Source: a virus
IMG/VR virus record: IMGVR_UViG_3300028535_000001
Direction: 5' to 3' (one strand)
Length of the DNA stretch: 64,000 bases
A program made the translations under genes and the position numbers. Below the pieces are notes generated by a model. The model saw only the letters and a list, made by a program, of their open reading frames with translations. It did not search any database and had not been told where the DNA came from. Positions 28,967 to 38,293 of this stretch are shown in pieces; position 1 is the stretch's first letter, and every line of letters starts with the position of its first letter.

Positions 28967-29434
28967 TCAGCTAGGCTTATATTCTTCATAACAAGTTTTA
29001 CCTGTACCACTTCTGTAAGCACGTAAAATTTGTTTTCTATTATCTTCACTCTTATAAGAACAATGTATCCACCCACTGTTAGGTTCTTCTAATTTGTGGT
29101 ATTCCAAAATCATTTGGTCAAACTCCAAGTTGTCTGTTATCCACTTACATAATTCAGCGTTAGATAATCCAAAAATTTCAAAATCGGCCGCTTCCCCTTT
29201 GGCATGCTGGGAATTTTGTGATGATCCTATTGCCACACACAATTCCGGACTACGGTACCCACTTGATACTGTAACCACTTTGCTATAATGATCTCTAACT
29301 TTTTGTAATACATTCTCACATAACATTTTTAACTTATTAATCTGATCTTCGTTAGGGTTATTATTAATACCCTTACGTTCAGCTGTTTGTGAAGCTGTCA
29401 ATTCTTTTAAACTAAAGTTACTACTTAATTTCAT
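28967..29434 (-). CDS. Peptidase M15A (putative endolysin)
   Basis: SSGYRSPEL..SQHAKGEAADF..GWIHCS. Confidence 0.88.
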   Translation of the reverse strand: MKLSSNFSLKELTASQTAERKGINNNPNEDQINKLKMLCENVLQKVRDHYSKVVTVSSGYRSPELCVAIGSSQNSQHAKGEAADFEIFGLSNAELCKWITDNLEFDQMILEYHKLEEPNSGWIHCSYKSEDNRKQILRAYRSGTGKTCYEEYKPS

Positions 29435-29437
29435 TAA

Positions 29438-29842
29438 TTATCCTCTTGTTATTTTTAATATCTTCTCAATCTGTGCCTTGATAATTGGACCTCTGTTAGG
29501 CCAATGTATGTAAGGTTCAGTTGTTTTACTTAAATTATATAAAAAAGGCAATACTATTTTCTCTATATCTTTGAATTTAATTTTAACTGATTCATCTGAT
29601 ATTTCTTTTGTAATAGTATCCTTCTCTGCCACGATTTGCATAATTTCGTTCATCATAGATTTTATAGATGAAACATCGTCTTTAACTTTTGAAATTTCTA
29701 ACGTTGATGATTCAATAGCCTTATTAGTTTCTGTAGTATCTACAACAGGTACGTCCTGTGTAGGCATTGATGAAACTGGAGTCACTCCCCAATTATCCGT
29801 TAGGTCAAAGCCTCTCATATAATCTGGTATATCTTTTGCCAT
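29438..29842 (-). CDS. Conserved hypothetical protein
   Basis: Coiled coil plus PFLYNL..YIHWPNR. Confidence 0.65.
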   Translation of the reverse strand: MAKDIPDYMRGFDLTDNWGVTPVSSMPTQDVPVVDTTETNKAIESSTLEISKVKDDVSSIKSMMNEIMQIVAEKDTITKEISDESVKIKFKDIEKIVLPFLYNLSKTTEPYIHWPNRGPIIKAQIEKILKITRG

Positions 29843-29843
29843 A

Positions 29844-30161
29844 TTATTTTGCTCCTTTTTTACTTTGTCTTGCTAGGTGTTTTTTGATTACTTTCTTTGT
29901 TGCTATATCTTTCGCCGATCTTTTTCCATATCTATTTGCTAATTCACTTCCTGGGTGGGCTTCTGCTATACGTGATAGATTATCTTTCCAACCACTATCG
30001 TTCTTCATATTAACACCTAAAACACCACCAACTATATTTATGGGTTGTGGTACTTGTGTTATATGCTTATTTTTCTTCATATAAATCTCCATTTCTGCAA
30101 TGGACATCATTTCTGTAAATTCTTTTTTATTTCTTTTATTTCTAAACGTGTAAATTGGCAT
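29844..30161 (-). CDS. FmdB-like small protein (no Cys)
   Basis: MPIYTF start; GWKDNLSRIAEAHPGS. Confidence 0.55.
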   Translation of the reverse strand: MPIYTFRNKRNKKEFTEMMSIAEMEIYMKKNKHITQVPQPINIVGGVLGVNMKNDSGWKDNLSRIAEAHPGSELANRYGKRSAKDIATKKVIKKHLARQSKKGAK

Positions 30162-30555
30162 TAGCAATCCTTATAATTCTGTTTATTAATTCACCTAATC
30201 CATTTTGTCTTTGCATAGTAAGTAATTCTCTTATGCCTAATGGAACAAAACTATCTACTGTAAGATTGGCAACTTCTTCTACTGGTTGTCCATTAACTAT
30301 TTCAGTTACCACTTTGGCAGTACCTCTAGTTATGTGTGCCTCACCATCTATTTGATACATCATACTATTATCTTCTCTCTTTCCACCAATAATCCATAAT
30401 TTACTAGCACAACCATGTATTCTATTTTCTTCTGTCTTAACAACTTCTGGTAATGCCTCTACGTCTTTTGCTCTATCTACCAAATATTGTATTCTGTCAA
30501 TTCCTGTTAATGTCTTTAGATTATCACCAGCTTCTTTAATTCTTTCAGTTATCAT
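30142..30555 (-). CDS. sufE: SufE-family sulfur-transfer protein
   Basis: ENRIHGCASKLW, DGEAHITRG, LTMQRQNGL. Confidence 0.88.
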   Translation of the reverse strand: MITERIKEAGDNLKTLTGIDRIQYLVDRAKDVEALPEVVKTEENRIHGCASKLWIIGGKREDNSMMYQIDGEAHITRGTAKVVTEIVNGQPVEEVANLTVDSFVPLGIRELLTMQRQNGLGELINRIIRIANANLHV

Positions 30556-30754
30556 TATTCTTTAAATCTTCACACTTGCTACTGTCACCTAAACAATCAA
30601 AAAATTTCTCCATTGCAGTCAGTTCAGGTTCCTCTTTATAAAAATCTGGACATCCATCGTCTGTACAATAGTGTTTATTTTTTGTACTACAACCACTTAA
30701 TAACACAACTGTAATTGTTAATAACATTAAGAATAAAGTTATATTTCTAAGCAT
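30545..30754 (-). CDS. Small lipoprotein
   Basis: Lipobox LSGC, four further Cys. Confidence 0.6.
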   Translation of the reverse strand: MLRNITLFLMLLTITVVLLSGCSTKNKHYCTDDGCPDFYKEEPELTAMEKFFDCLGDSSKCEDLKNNDN

Positions 30755-30902
30755 AAAATCCTTTAATAACTAATGACATACCAAATTATTCCTTCATCTT
30801 TTAAAAATTGTTCTATTTCTGGCCATTGACTTGCTGGAAAATCATGTACCAACGTATTCTCTCCTACATCTTTGTAAATCACTAACCTCATATATCATGC
30901 TA

Positions 30903-31118
30903 CTAATCTGCCCAAAAATTTAAATATATCAACCAAGGTACTAATATTGGATATACCACGTGTTCTACTATTTCATATAATATTGCTAATGTTAACAGTA
31001 TTGCCCAAAACTTTGAGTTCTTTGCTTTTTCTGAAAGTTTGCTAAATATTTTAGAGTGCCATATTCCTATTTTTTTTATTATTGCTTCCATGTTATAATG
31101 CCTTTCCAAAAGTGCCAA
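30903..31118 (-). CDS. Small membrane protein
   Basis: Hydrophobic C-terminal half. Confidence 0.55.
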   Translation of the reverse strand: MALLERHYNMEAIIKKIGIWHSKIFSKLSEKAKNSKFWAILLTLAILYEIVEHVVYPILVPWLIYLNFWAD

Positions 31119-31317
31119 TTGGCACTACATCAGAATGTAAAGCGCCTGTCTTTCTATTATCGTAATACTTTTTAAATCCCATATCTTCAAAGTAAAATGC
31201 TATATCTTCAGCTGGTACTTGGTCTGATACTATACAATCATATAGACTTTCATATGAATGTGGATGTGGCCAAGAGTCACATACAACCTTATTTATTTTT
31301 TTGTTTTTTCTTTTCAT
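31093..31317 (-). CDS. Hypothetical protein
   Basis: YESLYDCIVSDQVP motif. Confidence 0.55.
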   Translation of the reverse strand: MKRKNKKINKVVCDSWPHPHSYESLYDCIVSDQVPAEDIAFYFEDMGFKKYYDNRKTGALHSDVVPIGTFGKAL

Positions 31318-31519
31318 TTAGTATCCTTCCATAATTAGGCCAACCAAATTTATCCGGCGACTCATCTGTATATCTCCAACGAATAACTCCTGTATCAGGA
31401 TTTCTTTCGTATATTTTTTCTTTTGTTTCTTTTTTTACCACTTGAAGTAGCTCCTTTATGTCTTTAACCTTTTTGTAAATTAACTGCCGAAGGTCCTTTT
31501 TGACCTTCTTCAACTTCAA
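31289..31519 (-). CDS. Hypothetical protein
   Basis: [15 protein letters not shown]; true start uncertain. Confidence 0.45.
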   Translation of the reverse strand: MKLKKVKKDLRQLIYKKVKDIKELLQVVKKETKEKIYERNPDTGVIRWRYTDESPDKFGWPNYGRILNEKKKQKNK

Positions 31520-31667
31520 AAGTTATTGCGTCACCTTCATTTAGTTCTAAACCTGCGTCTTTAACTGCTGAAGTATGTACAAAAACATCTTTTTCATTGT
31601 CTTCTCTTGCTATGAAACCGTAACCTTTTGTAGGGTTAAACCATTTCACTTTTCCTTTTATACTCAT
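31464..31667 (-). CDS. cspA: Cold-shock protein
   Basis: [26 protein letters not shown]1/RNP2. Confidence 0.95.
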   Translation of the reverse strand: MSIKGKVKWFNPTKGYGFIAREDNEKDVFVHTSAVKDAGLELNEGDAITFEVEEGQKGPSAVNLQKG

Positions 31668-31688
31668 CTTATTTTTTTCTCCTTTCCT

Positions 31689-31964
31689 TTAATCTTTTCC
31701 CTCAATACTAGTCCCTTTGAAAGGATCATTTTCTGTATCTCTTTTATCTTCATTAAATTTATCTTGTATTTTTGAATCAACATAAGGAGTCTCAATCTCA
31801 ATCTCTGCTACATCTTCGTATGTTACCTTAATGTCTGATAGTCCTTCTCTTAAAATCTTTTCTTCCTCTATTGTATAAGGCCTCTTTTGTTTTATATCCA
31901 TAACACAATAATTGCTAATAATATAAGAGCATATCTTGGTACGTGAAATTCTCCAAGTAACCAT
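31689..31964 (-). CDS. Hypothetical protein
   Basis: ORF; start probably at the internal MDIKQ. Confidence 0.45.
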   Translation of the reverse strand: MVTWRISRTKICSYIISNYCVMDIKQKRPYTIEEEKILREGLSDIKVTYEDVAEIEIETPYVDSKIQDKFNEDKRDTENDPFKGTSIEGKD

Positions 31965-31989
31965 TTTTTAGCGTCTTTTAAATAATCCA

Positions 31990-32172
31990 TCATTTCCTTT
32001 CCTTTTTATTGTTTGTATAGTCTTTACTTTTAAAACTTTTACCAGTATTTAAAACTGATCCTTTTCTACCAAATATTTCATTATAATTATCCTTATATTT
32101 TTTGGTAGTTATTCTACTTCTACCATCCCATTTAAATGTAGTAGATTTTGTTAATCTACCTTTACCTGGCAT
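31990..32172 (-). CDS. Hypothetical basic protein
   Basis: WDGRSR..YKDNYNEIFG motif. Confidence 0.55.
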   Translation of the reverse strand: MPGKGRLTKSTTFKWDGRSRITTKKYKDNYNEIFGRKGSVLNTGKSFKSKDYTNNKKERK

Positions 32173-32355
32173 TTACTTTTTCTCTATTTTTTTACAAGTT
32201 TCTGTATCAGCTGGGTGTTCTTTTTCAGTAAACCATATGTAAGAATAAACTATATGGTTATCTTTTTCCATACATTTCTTACCAAATGATATTTCTTTTC
32301 CAGAACAGGCTGTAATTACAAAAAGTAATAATAAAAACGTCATTATTTTACCCAT
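32173..32355 (-). CDS. Small lipoprotein
   Basis: Lipobox ITAC. Confidence 0.6.
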   Translation of the reverse strand: MGKIMTFLLLLFVITACSGKEISFGKKCMEKDNHIVYSYIWFTEKEHPADTETCKKIEKK

Positions 32356-32531
32356 AGTATTTTAACTCCTTCTCTTTCATTTTTAATTTTATCAATAATT
32401 TCTTTAAACATCGTATCTATTTCCATTACAGTATCCCATAAAGTACTCATATCAGCATACTGTTTTGATAACATAAACAACATCAATATTATACAAATAG
32501 AGTTTAATAATACTGCAATTTTAATAATCAT
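32343..32531 (-). CDS. Small single-TM protein
   Basis: N-terminal TM plus coiled coil, overlaps the lipoprotein gene. Confidence 0.55.
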   Translation of the reverse strand: MIIKIAVLLNSICIILMLFMLSKQYADMSTLWDTVMEIDTMFKEIIDKIKNEREGVKILWVK

Positions 32532-32719
32532 TAATGTAAATTTTTATTATACAAATCTTCTCTATTATATTTTTTACACAACTTAACAAATACACCATGC
32601 CAAAAGGTCTTAGCCCAATCTTCGGTAGAGTTTTTACAAGCTCTAACAGCATTGTTTATAAGTCTTTCAACCTTGTATTTTCCTTCAGTTATTCTTTCTA
32701 TATCTATCGGTGCCATCAT
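32531..32719 (-). CDS. Hypothetical protein
   Basis: Starts immediately after promoter 32723-32751. Confidence 0.55.
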   Translation of the reverse strand: MMAPIDIERITEGKYKVERLINNAVRACKNSTEDWAKTFWHGVFVKLCKKYNREDLYNKNLH

Positions 32720-32722
32720 TAT

Positions 32723-32751
32723 ACTATACCTCATTTACTTATCTTTGTCAA
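32723..32751 (-). promoter_or_regulatory. Sigma70-type promoter
   Basis: TTGACA-17nt-TATAGT. Confidence 0.75.
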
Positions 32752-33037
32752 GCCTCGGGTGAGGTGTTACTTTTATTTCTTTACAAACCGCCTCTATTCC
32801 TTCATCTAATATTCTGCTTACTTTACAATCGTAACCAGTTATCTTTGATAAAGCAACATCGTTGGTTGTAGGCATATCATTAGCCGCTAAAGCCACGTCT
32901 ACACCTGTTTTTGTAAATGTTATTGTCTTATACGTTTCATATGTACCTGCACTTGTACCAATCCACGCTGGTAGGGTTCCACACCCATTCAATGCCACGA
33001 GCAATAATATTACACTAATTAGTTTTATTCTTATCAT
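32735..33037 (-). CDS. Lipoprotein
   Basis: Lipobox LNGC; ALSKITGYDC. Confidence 0.65.
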   Translation of the reverse strand: MIRIKLISVILLLVALNGCGTLPAWIGTSAGTYETYKTITFTKTGVDVALAANDMPTTNDVALSKITGYDCKVSRILDEGIEAVCKEIKVTPHPRLDKDK

Positions 33038-33944
33038 CTAAATTCACTATTTGGTTTAACTTTAACCTAATCTCATCTGGACTCATATCATAGTCTTTTA
33101 CCACATTTTTATAACGTTTTAAATACTTATTATTTCTTATCAATCTGGCTATTTTTCTTTCTAAATTTTCTTTCTTTACAGATAGTGTTAGTTGTTTTTT
33201 CATTGATCTTTGTTTCAATGATATATTAGCCGCTATCAATAGTAATACTGCTAATGGATCAAATACAAATATTAATACTACTATAACCCACCTAACAGCC
33301 TCATCAAAATGGTCTTTTGCCTGTTCTCCATATATTAATTCAGCAATATATTTAATAGGTCCTACTTCGGCCTCTATCTTATCTTGTTCTAATGCTAAAA
33401 CTGATTTTTCAGTTATTAAAATTGCAATCTCATCACTTGCACTATAGATTGCCTCATTTAAAAGGTCTCTTTCTTCTTTTTGTGCCTTTCTTTCTTTAAG
33501 TCCACGAGTCACATATTCTTTGTCTATATAGACTTCTAATGCCTTATCTAATAATTCTAATTGTTTTTCTGCTCGTACTACGATTAAATTTTGTTGATTA
33601 ATTCGTTTATCTAATAATTCTATCTTAATATTATTACCAGATATTGGTTTAACTTGATCTAGGTGTGCCTTTGATAGGAAACCAAAGATACCCATAGAGG
33701 TTATGAATACTAATACTATAATTGCTATAAACAGATATGTTTTTAAAATTCTAGGTATATCTGAGCGCCAATTATGATATAGCCAAGTAGCGGCCACTAA
33801 TTTACCAACTTCTAAAGCACTACCCATTGCAATAATAGGTACAACAGCACCTGCGAATAGAGTTGCCAATCCTACAATAGAATAACCAGCGGCTATTACA
33901 GATATAGAAATAGCAGTTATAAATGTTAATAAAATTAAGAACAT
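33015..33944 (-). CDS. Conserved multi-TM coiled-coil membrane protein
   Basis: ALEVGKLV, ITSMGIFGFLSKAH, EVGPIKYIAE, FVFDPLAV motifs. Confidence 0.75.
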   Translation of the reverse strand: MFLILLTFITAISISVIAAGYSIVGLATLFAGAVVPIIAMGSALEVGKLVAATWLYHNWRSDIPRILKTYLFIAIIVLVFITSMGIFGFLSKAHLDQVKPISGNNIKIELLDKRINQQNLIVVRAEKQLELLDKALEVYIDKEYVTRGLKERKAQKEERDLLNEAIYSASDEIAILITEKSVLALEQDKIEAEVGPIKYIAELIYGEQAKDHFDEAVRWVIVVLIFVFDPLAVLLLIAANISLKQRSMKKQLTLSVKKENLERKIARLIRNNKYLKRYKNVVKDYDMSPDEIRLKLNQIVNLDDKNKTN

Positions 33945-33945
33945 A

Positions 33946-34551
33946 TTAGTCTCTATAGTCTTTTCTTATCTTTTTAATAATACTTTTAACTTTCCAAAAG
34001 TAATCTTTATCAGTAGCATATGCTTCAAGCGTATCTACCAAATCTAAACTATCTGCACCTGTGGCCAATAGTTCTCTATATTTTTCATATAAAGTATGAT
34101 TATTTAGAGTTTTAATATAGTGAGCAACACTATCACACTCGTGTTGGTATACCTTAACTCCCCATTTTTTAGGATTGTTTGTAGGCAACATGTGTGGTTC
34201 TTTTAGATCATAGGTTCTCATACCAAATAGGTTTTTACCTACTCTAGCAAACCTACTATTTCCCCAACCCGACTCTAGAGCCGCTTGAGCTAATAATAAA
34301 TCTAAATCCACTTCTACAAGTGTCTTGTCGTAAAAGTAAACAAAATCTACACATTGATTCACATTTTTTAAAAATTGTTCATTGTTTGTATATTCAAAAT
34401 TAGGTTGTATTGGCACATCAGCCATTGCTTGTTTCTTATAAAAGTGTAAAGTAAATACACAAGCTATAACTATTACTACAAACATTAAAGTTCTTCCTAT
34501 TGTTTTTATTGTTTTCATAATTTCCTCGCTATGTAATCGTATCCGACCCAT
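33946..34551 (-). CDS. Glucosaminidase-domain protein (GH73/Bax-like)
   Basis: AQAALESGWGNSRFA..NLFG..YATDKDY; N-terminal TM. Confidence 0.85.
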   Translation of the reverse strand: MGRIRLHSEEIMKTIKTIGRTLMFVVIVIACVFTLHFYKKQAMADVPIQPNFEYTNNEQFLKNVNQCVDFVYFYDKTLVEVDLDLLLAQAALESGWGNSRFARVGKNLFGMRTYDLKEPHMLPTNNPKKWGVKVYQHECDSVAHYIKTLNNHTLYEKYRELLATGADSLDLVDTLEAYATDKDYFWKVKSIIKKIRKDYRD

Positions 34552-34826
34552 TCTAATCCTTCTTCATCTGTAAATGATTCTAATTTAGATTGATATAAAG
34601 ATAATCCTTCTTTCATTTTTGCAACTTTAGCAAATATAACAGCTGCCTGTTTATCTGTAAAATTATCATACACGTCTTTAGCCCAATTACCAGTGTAATA
34701 AGTTTTTGTTGTACCTGGTAGATTTGATGGTTTCTTCAATTGTTCTAATTGTATCAACGCCTCACCTACTCTGCCTTTCAGGTAAGGGTCAAGTTCTTTC
34801 ACTTTCCTTCTCGTCATTTCACTCAT
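34515..34826 (-). CDS. Hypothetical protein
   Basis: Coupled ORF. Confidence 0.6.
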   Translation of the reverse strand: MSEMTRRKVKELDPYLKGRVGEALIQLEQLKKPSNLPGTTKTYYTGNWAKDVYDNFTDKQAAVIFAKVAKMKEGLSLYQSKLESFTDEEGLEWVGYDYIARKL

Positions 34827-35257
34827 TATAAATCTAATCCTATTCTATTTAATTTTGTTCGGTAACTATAAAACAAGGAGTTATGGTTACCAGTATCGCC
34901 TTCATTGACCATCTGATATAAATGTACCATTTCGTGTGCCAAAGTACATGCAAATTCTTTTTTATTAGTGTAGTAAGGTCTCATATGGAGTTGGTATTCT
35001 CTAGTTCCACGTCTATCCCAATCATAAGTTAATACTTGACCATATATTTTTTCTTTTCTTTGGTGATCTCTGATCTGTTTAATCATTATCTTGTTAAACG
35101 GAGATAACTTGTTGTTAAAAATTAGTTCATTTAGCATAATAAAATACTTCTTAATATCTTTATAAGTTGTTTTATATTTTCTGGATTTATTTTTAAGGTC
35201 TATCTGAATGATCCTTTTAGTTTTGGTGATTCTTGACTTTACTGATTTTCTTAACAT
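34826..35257 (-). CDS. SprT-like zinc metalloprotease
   Basis: TLAHEMVHLYQ..H (HExxH). Confidence 0.8.
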   Translation of the reverse strand: MLRKSVKSRITKTKRIIQIDLKNKSRKYKTTYKDIKKYFIMLNELIFNNKLSPFNKIMIKQIRDHQRKEKIYGQVLTYDWDRRGTREYQLHMRPYYTNKKEFACTLAHEMVHLYQMVNEGDTGNHNSLFYSYRTKLNRIGLDL

Positions 35258-35287
35258 ACTTACTTTTTCCTCTGTTTAAGTTAATCA

Positions 35288-35620
35288 TTATATACAATCT
35301 TTATCAAGTGCTTTAGTATCTTCCAATAATTTACACTTATACTCGTGGTCAGCCTTTAATCTTAATTCTGTCATTACAGAATCTAAAATGTATGGCAAAT
35401 GTTTCTGTATAACTGAAATCATTTCCAAAGCATAAAGGTGTCCAAGTCTTTCTAGTTCACTTTCTAGGATAGCCTTGTTGTCAATGTCACTGTTTTTAAT
35501 AGTTTCTGATATAACATGTCCAATAACTGCGTTAGTGTAGTCATCTGCCTTTGCTATACTTGATAAACCGAACCATAATGTGCTACAGATTATCAATATT
35601 GTCGCTAAAAACTTTTTCAT
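35288..35620 (-). CDS. Exported hypothetical protein
   Basis: MKKFLATILII signal peptide after AGGT SD. Confidence 0.6.
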   Translation of the reverse strand: MKKFLATILIICSTLWFGLSSIAKADDYTNAVIGHVISETIKNSDIDNKAILESELERLGHLYALEMISVIQKHLPYILDSVMTELRLKADHEYKCKLLEDTKALDKDCI

Positions 35621-35650
35621 AATATAATATACCTTTCTTTTTATATATTT

Positions 35651-35679
35651 ATTATATACCAAACCACTAGAATAGTCAA
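35651..35679 (-). promoter_or_regulatory. Sigma70-type promoter
   Basis: TTGACT-17nt-TATAAT. Confidence 0.8.
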
Positions 35680-35715
35680 GCGAAAAATATATTTAAAAAG
35701 CGTGTAAAATAAGGG

Positions 35716-35750
35716 TTTTTTAAGGGTACGGTATGTCGCACCCTTAAAAA
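35716..35750 (-). terminator. Hairpin, probable terminator
   Basis: TTTTTAAGGGT..ACCCTTAAAAA inverted repeat after the 35759 gene. Confidence 0.55.
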
Positions 35751-35758
35751 GTGAGGTT

Positions 35759-36286
35759 TTAAGTCAATAATTCGTTAAGAATCGACTTGTTTGTCTGTTG
35801 CATAAATTCATCTGACCAGTTAAAAGCCTCTTTGACCATCTGAGCCGTTAATCCTTTATACATGTTGTTGATTTTTTTGTCTTTGATACCAATCATAACC
35901 TCAGCGTCCTTTTCGTGTAAAGATTCTAATAAACCAAGGAACATCTTTTCTTTATGTAATCTGGTAATTTCTGGATCAGCACCTTTAACAAAGTGCCATA
36001 GTTTCTTACTTGCGAATAATAGACTTGTATGTTCTGTTCCTGCTGGAGCTTCATTTGCTATGTAAGGAGGTCTTCCTTCTGGTAAATCAAACTCTATTTT
36101 AGGATCAAATGCAGCCTTAAGCAGGCCTCTCATTGCTTGGTTGTTGTGTTGTTTTAAGATTGCTATCTTTTTTGGTTTATCTTTAGCATTGTTAATTTCC
36201 GTAAAAATCTCGTGGACAGTAGGTTCTCCTGAGCCTGCTGTTCTGGAAGCCGCCGCTAATGATGGATTTATTTTTGCTATTGCCAT
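35759..36286 (-). CDS. Conserved T4-like protein adjacent to RNase H
   Basis: LPEGRPPY..EKMFLGLLESLHEKDAE..KDK..YKGLT. Confidence 0.7.
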   Translation of the reverse strand: MAIAKINPSLAAASRTAGSGEPTVHEIFTEINNAKDKPKKIAILKQHNNQAMRGLLKAAFDPKIEFDLPEGRPPYIANEAPAGTEHTSLLFASKKLWHFVKGADPEITRLHKEKMFLGLLESLHEKDAEVMIGIKDKKINNMYKGLTAQMVKEAFNWSDEFMQQTNKSILNELLT

Positions 36287-36307
36287 AATTTATTCTCCAT
36301 ATATATG

Positions 36308-37159
36308 TTAGAAGTCATTTACTTGTTCAATCAATGTCTTCAATTTGTTTTTCATAAAGTAATTTAACAGGAGCGACCTGTCTTTAGCTTTATAATTCTT
36401 GTAAGTATTTATAATACTTTTTTCTATGTGTTCTGGTATTTGAGACAAGTCAATTAGTCTCTTATTCCGTTGGTAGTTCTTCTTAATTGATGGTTCTATG
36501 TCTAATGATGTTTCTATATCAGTAAACTCAGCCAATCTTTTCTTATTAATAGGTCTCTGCCTAACTCCCTTATCTAAAAATATATCATCGGCACTCAATA
36601 CGTTTGGTACACCGTCTGATCTATCACCCTTAATAATCTGTTCATGTAAGAATTGTATAGGGTCTTCGTTTTCACCAATAAAACCTTTTAATATTGGACT
36701 GAATTGGTAAACGTCTCCATAATGGTGTAGTTGGATAAAATCTTTGTCACCAGATACTATCAAATACTTATCTTCTTCTCTCAATTTTATAAGACTAGCA
36801 ATAATATCATCTGCCTCTGCTTTGGCAACATGCATAACAATATATGGAAAGTTTTCTATTAGTTCATTCTTAATGGTCAACATTATATCAAATATATTGT
36901 CCCAATCTGTATCTGAATCTACTCTACCTTTTCGTCTACCATGTTTATAAAGTGTAAATATTTCTCTACGCCAAGGATTGGGAGCGTCTGAACATAATAT
37001 CATTTTACCATACTCGTCTCTAAATTTTATATTAAAACCTCTCAATGAATTTAAAACCATCTGTCTCACCATATCTAAATTAGGTTTAACTTCTGGCTTA
37101 CCTCTAGTCTGAACCATTAAGTTAGATATTAATACTTGATTTAAATCCACTAGTATCAT
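36308..37159 (-). CDS. rnh: T4-type RNase H (5'-3' exonuclease)
   Basis: MILVDLNQ..YKHGR..EADDII..SGDKDFIQL..KGDRSDGVPN. Confidence 0.93.
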   Translation of the reverse strand: MILVDLNQVLISNLMVQTRGKPEVKPNLDMVRQMVLNSLRGFNIKFRDEYGKMILCSDAPNPWRREIFTLYKHGRRKGRVDSDTDWDNIFDIMLTIKNELIENFPYIVMHVAKAEADDIIASLIKLREEDKYLIVSGDKDFIQLHHYGDVYQFSPILKGFIGENEDPIQFLHEQIIKGDRSDGVPNVLSADDIFLDKGVRQRPINKKRLAEFTDIETSLDIEPSIKKNYQRNKRLIDLSQIPEHIEKSIINTYKNYKAKDRSLLLNYFMKNKLKTLIEQVNDF

Positions 37160-37368
37160 TATAGATATTCACTCCAATGTTTTTCTTTAACTAATTTACC
37201 TTTTAATTTTGCTCTTAATCTTCCCTTTAATATTTTTATTCTATACTTTATACCATCAATGGTTGTATGCATCCAACCACAATCGTGTGGTTCAATTTGT
37301 TTCTTAAACCATTTGTTTGTATCTTCTAATGTTTCTATTTGTTTTTGTAATTGTACTTTAGTTGACAT
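37159..37368 (-). CDS. Hypothetical protein
   Basis: GGAG SD; PHDCGWMHTTI. Confidence 0.6.
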   Translation of the reverse strand: MSTKVQLQKQIETLEDTNKWFKKQIEPHDCGWMHTTIDGIKYRIKILKGRLRAKLKGKLVKEKHWSEYL

Positions 37369-37386
37369 AAATCTCCGTTTAAGTTG

Positions 37387-37412
37387 AATGGTGGCGATTT
37401 CTCGCCACCATT
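37387..37412. terminator. Perfect 11-bp hairpin (GAAA loop on minus strand)
   Basis: AATGGTGGCGA-TTTC-TCGCCACCATT. Confidence 0.55.
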
Positions 37413-37430
37413 TTATATACTATATGTATA

Positions 37431-37727
37431 TTAGTTTTTGTAAGCGAAAGGCGTACCATACATTTCTTGTATACCAGCAGCTATAATAGCTTTTGTTGGT
37501 GTACCTACTCTGTAAGAAGTACCTTTTGCTCCTTTGTTGATATAGATCATATTACCTTGTGATCTTAATTTATCAACCATCGCTCTTGGCGATTGAAGGT
37601 CAAATCTGTTTCTCAAAATTTTCCAAGATACAGACTCACCTCTATTCAAAAGATTTAATACCTTTTGAGTTTTGCTCATAGTAGGTCTTCCGACTCTACC
37701 AAAAGCTTTCTTTATAGATTTAAACAT
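37431..37727 (-). CDS. Winged-helix-like DNA-binding protein
   Basis: SKTQKVLNLL..FDLQSPRAMVDKLRSQG..YRVGTP; strong AAGGAG SD. Confidence 0.55.
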   Translation of the reverse strand: MFKSIKKAFGRVGRPTMSKTQKVLNLLNRGESVSWKILRNRFDLQSPRAMVDKLRSQGNMIYINKGAKGTSYRVGTPTKAIIAAGIQEMYGTPFAYKN

Positions 37728-37795
37728 TGTTTAAGTCTCCTTTTTTATTATTCACTATTTTACAACCTGCAAAGGCGATTCCAGTTGGAATTCCG

Positions 37796-38293
37796 TTAAT
37801 CTTTATCATCATCTGTTTCTTCTGTAAAAAATTGGTTGGCACCATTTGATAGGTCGTCAACTTCTTCTTTTACCTCTTTACTAAATGGTCTAGTTGGTGT
37901 ACGTTTAGCTTCTATTACCCTACTATAATCTATTTTAGCTGATCTATGACCATTCTTTAATTGTTTTATATCTACTAATTTGTCTGTTAAGGAGTGAGAC
38001 GTATGTTTCATTCCAAAATCTCTGTAGATTAAACCTCTTAATGTGTCTACCACCATAGCCAAGTCTTTTGTAAATGTTAACTTATCTGTTTTTATGGCCA
38101 TATCTAGAAAACTGTTTATTAATTTCATAACTATATCATCTACAGCAGATTCAATATATTGTTTTGTTTGCTGTTTCTTTAATTGATCGTTAAGTTTGTT
38201 TTGAATTTTTTGACTTTGTTGATCTTTACCTACACGCCTTACAATTTTATTTGTAGGAAATTGAATAATGTTTTTAATATCGTCATCGCTCAT
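37796..38293 (-). CDS. Hypothetical protein
   Basis: NIIQFP N-terminal motif. Confidence 0.65.
   Translation of the reverse strand: MSDDDIKNIIQFPTNKIVRRVGKDQQSQKIQNKLNDQLKKQQTKQYIESAVDDIVMKLINSFLDMAIKTDKLTFTKDLAMVVDTLRGLIYRDFGMKHTSHSLTDKLVDIKQLKNGHRSAKIDYSRVIEAKRTPTRPFSKEVKEEVDDLSNGANQFFTEETDDDKD

Noticed and set aside
28940-28969. Selenocysteine insertion at the endolysin TGA
   Set aside because: The position is not a catalytic Cys site and the stem does not clearly match a bacterial SECIS; kept only as generic readthrough.
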